Below, in pieces: positions 59,601 to 64,000 of a stretch of DNA of 64,000 bases. Source of the DNA: Crassostrea angulata (Eukaryota). The stretch is from contig NC_069115.1 in the NCBI RefSeq assembly GCF_025612915.1, positions 8,359,492-8,423,491 on the forward strand. Direction: 5' to 3'. The translations under genes and the position numbers were made by a program. The notes beneath the pieces are model-generated. The model worked only from the letters and a program-made list of their open reading frames with translations, was not told the origin of the DNA and ran no database searches. Position 1 is the first letter of the stretch, and every line of letters starts with the position of its first letter.

Positions 59601-62292
59601 AAAAAGTAGCTTAGACTTATCAAAAAAAATCTTTAGGCAAACTGCATTGACATGCAAACATAAGGGGGATTGTCATATTACTTTAATTTCCATTGCACTT
59701 TTTTTCTAAGAAGAAAATAAATAAATTGCCTAACGTGTCGTAATATAGTAATTCTTCAAAGAAATAGAGTAAGAGTTGTTATAAACGTCTTTTGGATCTA
59801 TCTCCTCCTGTTGTAGAGGGGTCTGTCTGTTCGCCATGCTTGTTGGATCACTTCCGTTCGTTCCGCAGCCTGTGAACAACATTGCTCAGCTTCACTCCTT
59901 AATTCTAAAAGGATGCGAGATCCCAGATACTCTAAGTGAAGGTGAGGTTTTATTTTCATTAAAAAAATCTTACCTGACGTGTGTCTGTTTTGAAGTGTGT
60001 TTTTACGTTTTTGTCACATTAACGAGTTATTATTTTGCATTTTCAACATTTATAGTAAGTACATGTAATATCGTTGATATTTTCGTTTACGCCTTTTAAA
60101 TCAATGTTTACCTTTTACATACTTAAATAGTTATTTGATCCAGCAGGGGAGGTATTGAGCTTGACGATATATTAGCAACAGGGATTGCATAATGTTGAAC
60201 TGTTACAATCCCTTCAAAACTCATTTCCCGTCAATCTGTAGTTTTTTAGTGATTTATTGCCCTCAAATAAATTTTAAACACATTAAAGATTTAAAGAAAG
60301 TTGATAATTTCTAGGTAGCCAGCGCTTTTTTACAAGGTTAACCAAAGGGATTTTCCAATTCGCTGTCAAAGTGCATTAGAAGGATATCGGTTATTGAATA
60401 TCAATATCAGATAAAAATTTGTTATCAGTAAAAAAAACTTCGGTCCTAGAACTTACTGTCGAATAGGCAAGTATGTATATATCTTACTGTTAGAAAATTT
60501 CAATTTCTTTTTGTATTTGTAGAATGTCGAGATTTTCTACAGGCAATGTTGACTTCAGATCCAAGAAAGAGAATAAAAATGGAAGACCTTTTGCGACATC
60601 CATGGCTCCTTGGAGAAAATGAAGAACCCGTTTTTCGGCAGCAGGCAGTTGCAAATCTTCTGCCGCTTGTTCCGCAAGCCTCCGTCATAAATTACATGAC
60701 TAAAATGTTTGACTTTAAGGAGAGTGAGGTATTAAATGCTCTTGGTGAACGGAAGGTCAATTCGATCGCTGCTACTTACTATCTCCTAAAGAAAAGATTC
60801 GATTCTGGATTACATCTAGTGAATCGGCCCCAAGGAATGAGGAATATTAATCACCGCCGGGAATCAGCATTTTCTGCTTTTAGTATTGAACTGAATAATA
60901 GAAACACCGCTTCATGTCCATCTAAGGACCAGAGACAAGAACTCCCCTCGGACTCTAAACGTGTAATTACCGGTGAAATAAAGCACAATAACTACCGAAG
61001 TTATTTACAGTATGTCAAAGTGTCGAGAGAGAGAACCAATGCGTTTTCTAAGAACATTTTCCTAAGGCGACAAAAGACGCGGAGTTCTCTGACAAGGACG
61101 TACAACAAAGCGGAAAAACCCGAGAATTCCGTCCCTGATCTCATCATGCCAGAATCGGCGACAAAGCCTGACTTCAGACTAACATATACCCCTCTACAAG
61201 CAGATGCTTTGTTCGAATGGGACAAAGAAGGCTTAATACGTAGAGAACAGCGGCGTGTCCGACCCAAAATAGCGGAATCCTTCCCAAAAGAAAAACAGAA
61301 ATCTCCAAACATTCAAAACTTGCAACTTCTTCCAATGATGGTTACCGGTGATAAAAAACGTGGACGCATTATCTTTTCCCCGCCGCCTCCTCCGAACACC
61401 TCTTTAGGCATGCGCGACATGCTTTCGCCCCCAGGTACGTCACAAGGGCGGCGGCAGTCACGTGAGGAAGAGTTGGAAGGTCAGACTAGCTCCCGGATAC
61501 TAGTGCCTCCAGCGACAGCACCTACCATTAACCAAGTGTCTCTACAACTGGACACCAATTTATCCCATGACAACAATAGTGTTAAACCACATTTCGATAG
61601 TGATAAACTAGAAAAGCCAGACCTTGCCTTAGTTTTAGCTGACCCGTGTTCCCAAGAAATATGGGGTTCTTTTCAAAAACATAAAGCGAAGCTTATTAAA
61701 AGCGGAGCTGTATCTTTCAATCGGTCAAAGACTGTGTACGCAAACCCGATCTCAACCCAAAAATTGTTGACTCCTAGGGATCAGAAGGCATTAGAAGAAG
61801 CACAAAAAAATCATATAGTAGGAAAAGGTAAGAATTTCTTTACACAAAATATTGATTGAAATTGAAGAAATCCGATATATAATTAGTTTTATAAATTGAG
61901 AAAATTGTTCAAACGTAATATCTTTGATAGGACGCCTTCTTCTTGAACGCAGTTCTTCTCGAATAAGTGTTGGTTTCACGGACTTTCAGAAACAAAACGG
62001 ATATATTCCAGAATACATTAAACCAAGCACTGCAATAGGCGGAACAAGAAGGCACGAATTTCCTGACGTCATTTGTTCCGCCAAATCCCGTGCCCGATCA
62101 GATATTATCGAGTTCGACAGAAAACCGGTTCCTAAGTTGCCTCAGATGAACATTGAGCCAATCAGACAGGAGAGGGGACAGGAAATAGAAATCCCCGCCA
62201 CGCCCCCTTCGCCAGCTGCATACGAACGCCTTATTGTTGATGACGAAACGCCTATGATGCGCATAAGAATAACAAGCTCATTAAAACATTGA
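53423..62292 (+). CDS. HUNK: HUNK-like AMPK-related Ser/Thr protein kinase gene, span, 8 coding exons, 826 aa
   Basis: [35 protein letters not shown]...[12 protein letters not shown] against human [40 protein letters not shown]...[12 protein letters not shown]; [15 protein letters not shown] is identical to HUNK; UBA-like [37 protein letters not shown] follows the kinase domain; all junctions are phase-consistent and total length is 2481 nt. Confidence 0.85.
56847..57049 (+). CDS. HUNK: HUNK-like exon 2
   Basis: [67 protein letters not shown](K); acceptor GTTTCAG, donor GTAAAT. Confidence 0.8.
57426..57515 (+). CDS. HUNK: HUNK-like exon 3
   Basis: [30 protein letters not shown](R) resembles HUNK KKRLEESEARRYIRQLISAVEHLHRAGVVHR; donor GTAATG. 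Confidence 0.8.
58391..58446 (+). CDS. HUNK: HUNK-like exon 4 (catalytic loop HRDLKxEN)
   Basis: (R)[18 protein letters not shown] resembles HUNK RDLKIENLLLDEDNNIKLI; donor GTGAGT. Confidence 0.8.
59098..59224 (+). CDS. HUNK: HUNK-like exon 5 (DFG and activation segment)
   Basis: [42 protein letters not shown] resembles [49 protein letters not shown]; donor GTAAGG. Confidence 0.85.
59817..59941 (+). CDS. HUNK: HUNK-like exon 6
   Basis: (I)[41 protein letters not shown] resembles HUNK IGVNMYAMLTGTLPFTVEPFSLRALYQKMVDKEMNPLPTQLS; donor GTGAGG. Confidence 0.8.
60523..61827 (+). CDS. HUNK: HUNK-like exon 7 (end of kinase domain, UBA-like, long low-complexity tail)
   Basis: [36 protein letters not shown]... 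resembles HUNK AISFLRSLLEPDPVKRPNIQQALANRWLNENY; [37 protein letters not shown] resembles HUNK LHMTEKLGYKNSDVINTVLSNRACHILAIYFLLNKK; donor GTAAGA at 61828. Confidence 0.8.
61931..62292 (+). CDS. HUNK: HUNK-like terminal exon with stop TGA 62290-62292
   Basis: (G)[32 protein letters not shown]...[10 protein letters not shown]; acceptor TTTGATAG; AATAAA ~215 nt downstream. Confidence 0.7.
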
Positions 62293-62505
62293 TTTCAGAA
62301 GTGTTATTTTTATTTTAACTAATATGATCAAAAGTTTCAATATCAATACAGATATTCTTTTTATGATAATGTTTCCAATATCATGTTTATTTTGGCTTTG
62401 GATTATTTTATTTGTTGCCGATGTTTGCAATATATTTTGTTGTAATGTGATTTAGAAACCATGTACAAATGTAATGTTGAAACGATTTGTTCAGAAATGT
62501 ATTTA

Positions 62506-62511
62506 AATAAA
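62506..62511 (+). promoter_or_regulatory. Candidate polyadenylation signal AATAAA for the HUNK-like gene
   Basis: AATAAA followed by an A-run about 215 nt after the stop codon. Confidence 0.35.
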
Positions 62512-64000
62512 AAAAAACCATGGAAATTCTCGGTTATATTTCTTTTGTGCTGTTTTTATTACCTTAAAGACATGTCTTAGTTATCATTTTACTTGCTTTA
62601 AAACTCACCTGAAGATGTTAAAACTGTGCGTAGAAATATCTATGAAAACATTAAATCAGAGACAAACTTACAATGATAAATATTTGATCTAATATTGATT
62701 CAATCCTTTTCCAAAAACTGAATTTGGGTTTTCCCCCCTATTTGTTTTAAACGTGTCAATTCAATTTGTCCTATTTTACATAATGCGTTCAATATTTTTG
62801 AGAAAGCTTTCCTAACTCCTACAAGAAAAACGTAGCAAAATTTAACTTTTTTAAATATGAAAATAACCACAAAATAATTATTTTGAATTCATTATTTTGA
62901 TTATAAATATGGCTAAATCATGCTTTTGATATATGACTCGTTCTCGAATATCGATTACAGCGGAACGGAAAATACAGGTCATAGGTCACTCTTTGATTTA
63001 TCACTATAAACATGCAAGTACTTGCTGTACACAGTGAACACTGAAATCAATATATCTTAAGACTAATAATGTTTAACATAATTTTTCTCATTGATAGATA
63101 GTTTGAAAAATCTTTATAGAGATTAAGTATGATTTAAAAAACCGTATCACAAAATGTACTAAATTACAGAATAACTTCAGATATATAACTTCTACAGATA
63201 AGATGTCTGTTCAATACATATAACGTTATTGCGATGTTTCTTTGTGATTAATTTAATGCTCTTTTAAGGTGGCTCTATACACCACTTTTTGATGACGCAG
63301 TACGCAAAAAAGTAAATCTAGAAGCATACAATCCCCGGTACTGGCTGATTAAACTGAGGCGAATTGTATGGGGACCACTCTTTTGAAAAAATTGTTAAAT
63401 GAATAGATTTAATTTGATAATTGGAAAATTCATTACTTACAAGCAATGTGGTATGTGACACCTTCAGGTTGTGTGGTATTATTTATCGAAATAAACAATA
63501 AAATCAATTATAATTTTTTAAATAGTTCCTTTACCATTATCGATATGTTACACCGTAGAGCATTGGATTAGTGGGTTCACTACAAACCTGAGTTCGATTC
63601 CCGTTGAGAACAATAAATTGTTTAACTTTCCAAAATTTTCTAAAACGTATATTTTGGTTGAATACTGTGAAAGAAAATTCTAAACCAGTGAAAGTATTTC
63701 AATTATAATATACTTTAATGCACATTAATATCGACAGATGTTCCTTACCACCTTAAGGGGATGGGAGGGTTGTTTTGAATTTCTCTCAGTTTGGGATACA
63801 TAATCCTATTAGCCTAGTCAATTTATTTGACTTAGTTTTGCATTAAAACGAATAAATTCACTTATACAGGTCTATTATGAAATAGGCATGTATTTATCAT
63901 TCCAACATTGTATTAAGGACATTTTCTTCAACTCAGAAATGAAAAGTCCCCAAGGTGTTTGGGCCTTGGGACTTAGGAACGATAACCCTTACCTGAGGAA

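Noticed and set aside
60546-61859. 437-aa ORF starting [15 protein letters not shown] called as an independent protein
   Set aside because: It is internal exon 7 of the HUNK-like gene. The true reading frame enters from exon 6 through acceptor 60521-60522 and leaves at the GTAAGA donor 61828, so the Met is internal.
61924-62292. ORF-track start codon at 61924 (MIGRLLLE...)
   Set aside because: The M corresponds to a TTG called as an alternative start by the ORF finder. In context the segment is the terminal HUNK-like exon entered through acceptor 61929-61930. The same TTG-as-M artefact occurs at 42679 and 33339 (GTG).

Overview
Eukaryotic (metazoan) genomic DNA, AT-rich and intron-dense. The repeat content looks invertebrate, plausibly bivalve-mollusc-like, but that is a guess from repeat style only. 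There are no prokaryotic features: no operons, no CRISPR. I support three protein-coding genes. (1) A very large multi-exon vault poly(ADP-ribose) polymerase (PARP4)-like gene on the + strand, from ATG 5227 to stop 43104. I reconstruct about 41 coding exons whose splice phases are mutually consistent across every junction, giving about 2397 codons. Exon-by-exon similarity to human PARP4 runs through the BRCT, PARP regulatory, PARP catalytic, VIT and vWA domains and the C-terminal MVP-interacting-like region. (2) A BCCIP-like gene on the - strand (46745-48956). (3) A HUNK-like AMPK-related Ser/Thr kinase on the + strand (53423-62292, 8 coding exons, 826 aa). The main observations worth follow-up are inside the PARP4-like gene. 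Its disordered linker carries, in frame with correct phases, an actin N-terminal-like exon, an Hsp70 NBD-fragment exon and a complete 4-exon Hsp70 substrate-binding beta-domain. This is a mosaic architecture not present in human PARP4. Several introns carry tandem arrays that are copies of the adjacent exon-intron junction, for example 17-18 copies of the exon-14 3' splice site plus the first 30 nt of the exon. The gene is bracketed by inverted arrays of one ~170-bp satellite family. Introns also contain two DNA transposons with clear target-site duplications (one hAT-like with 8-bp TSD, one MULE/Merlin-like with 9-bp TSD), three near-perfect foldback hairpins, tRNA-derived SINE-like fragments and numerous microsatellites. 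All coordinates were read by eye from the printed sequence and may be off by a few nt. All similarity statements come from memory of the human proteins, not database searches.
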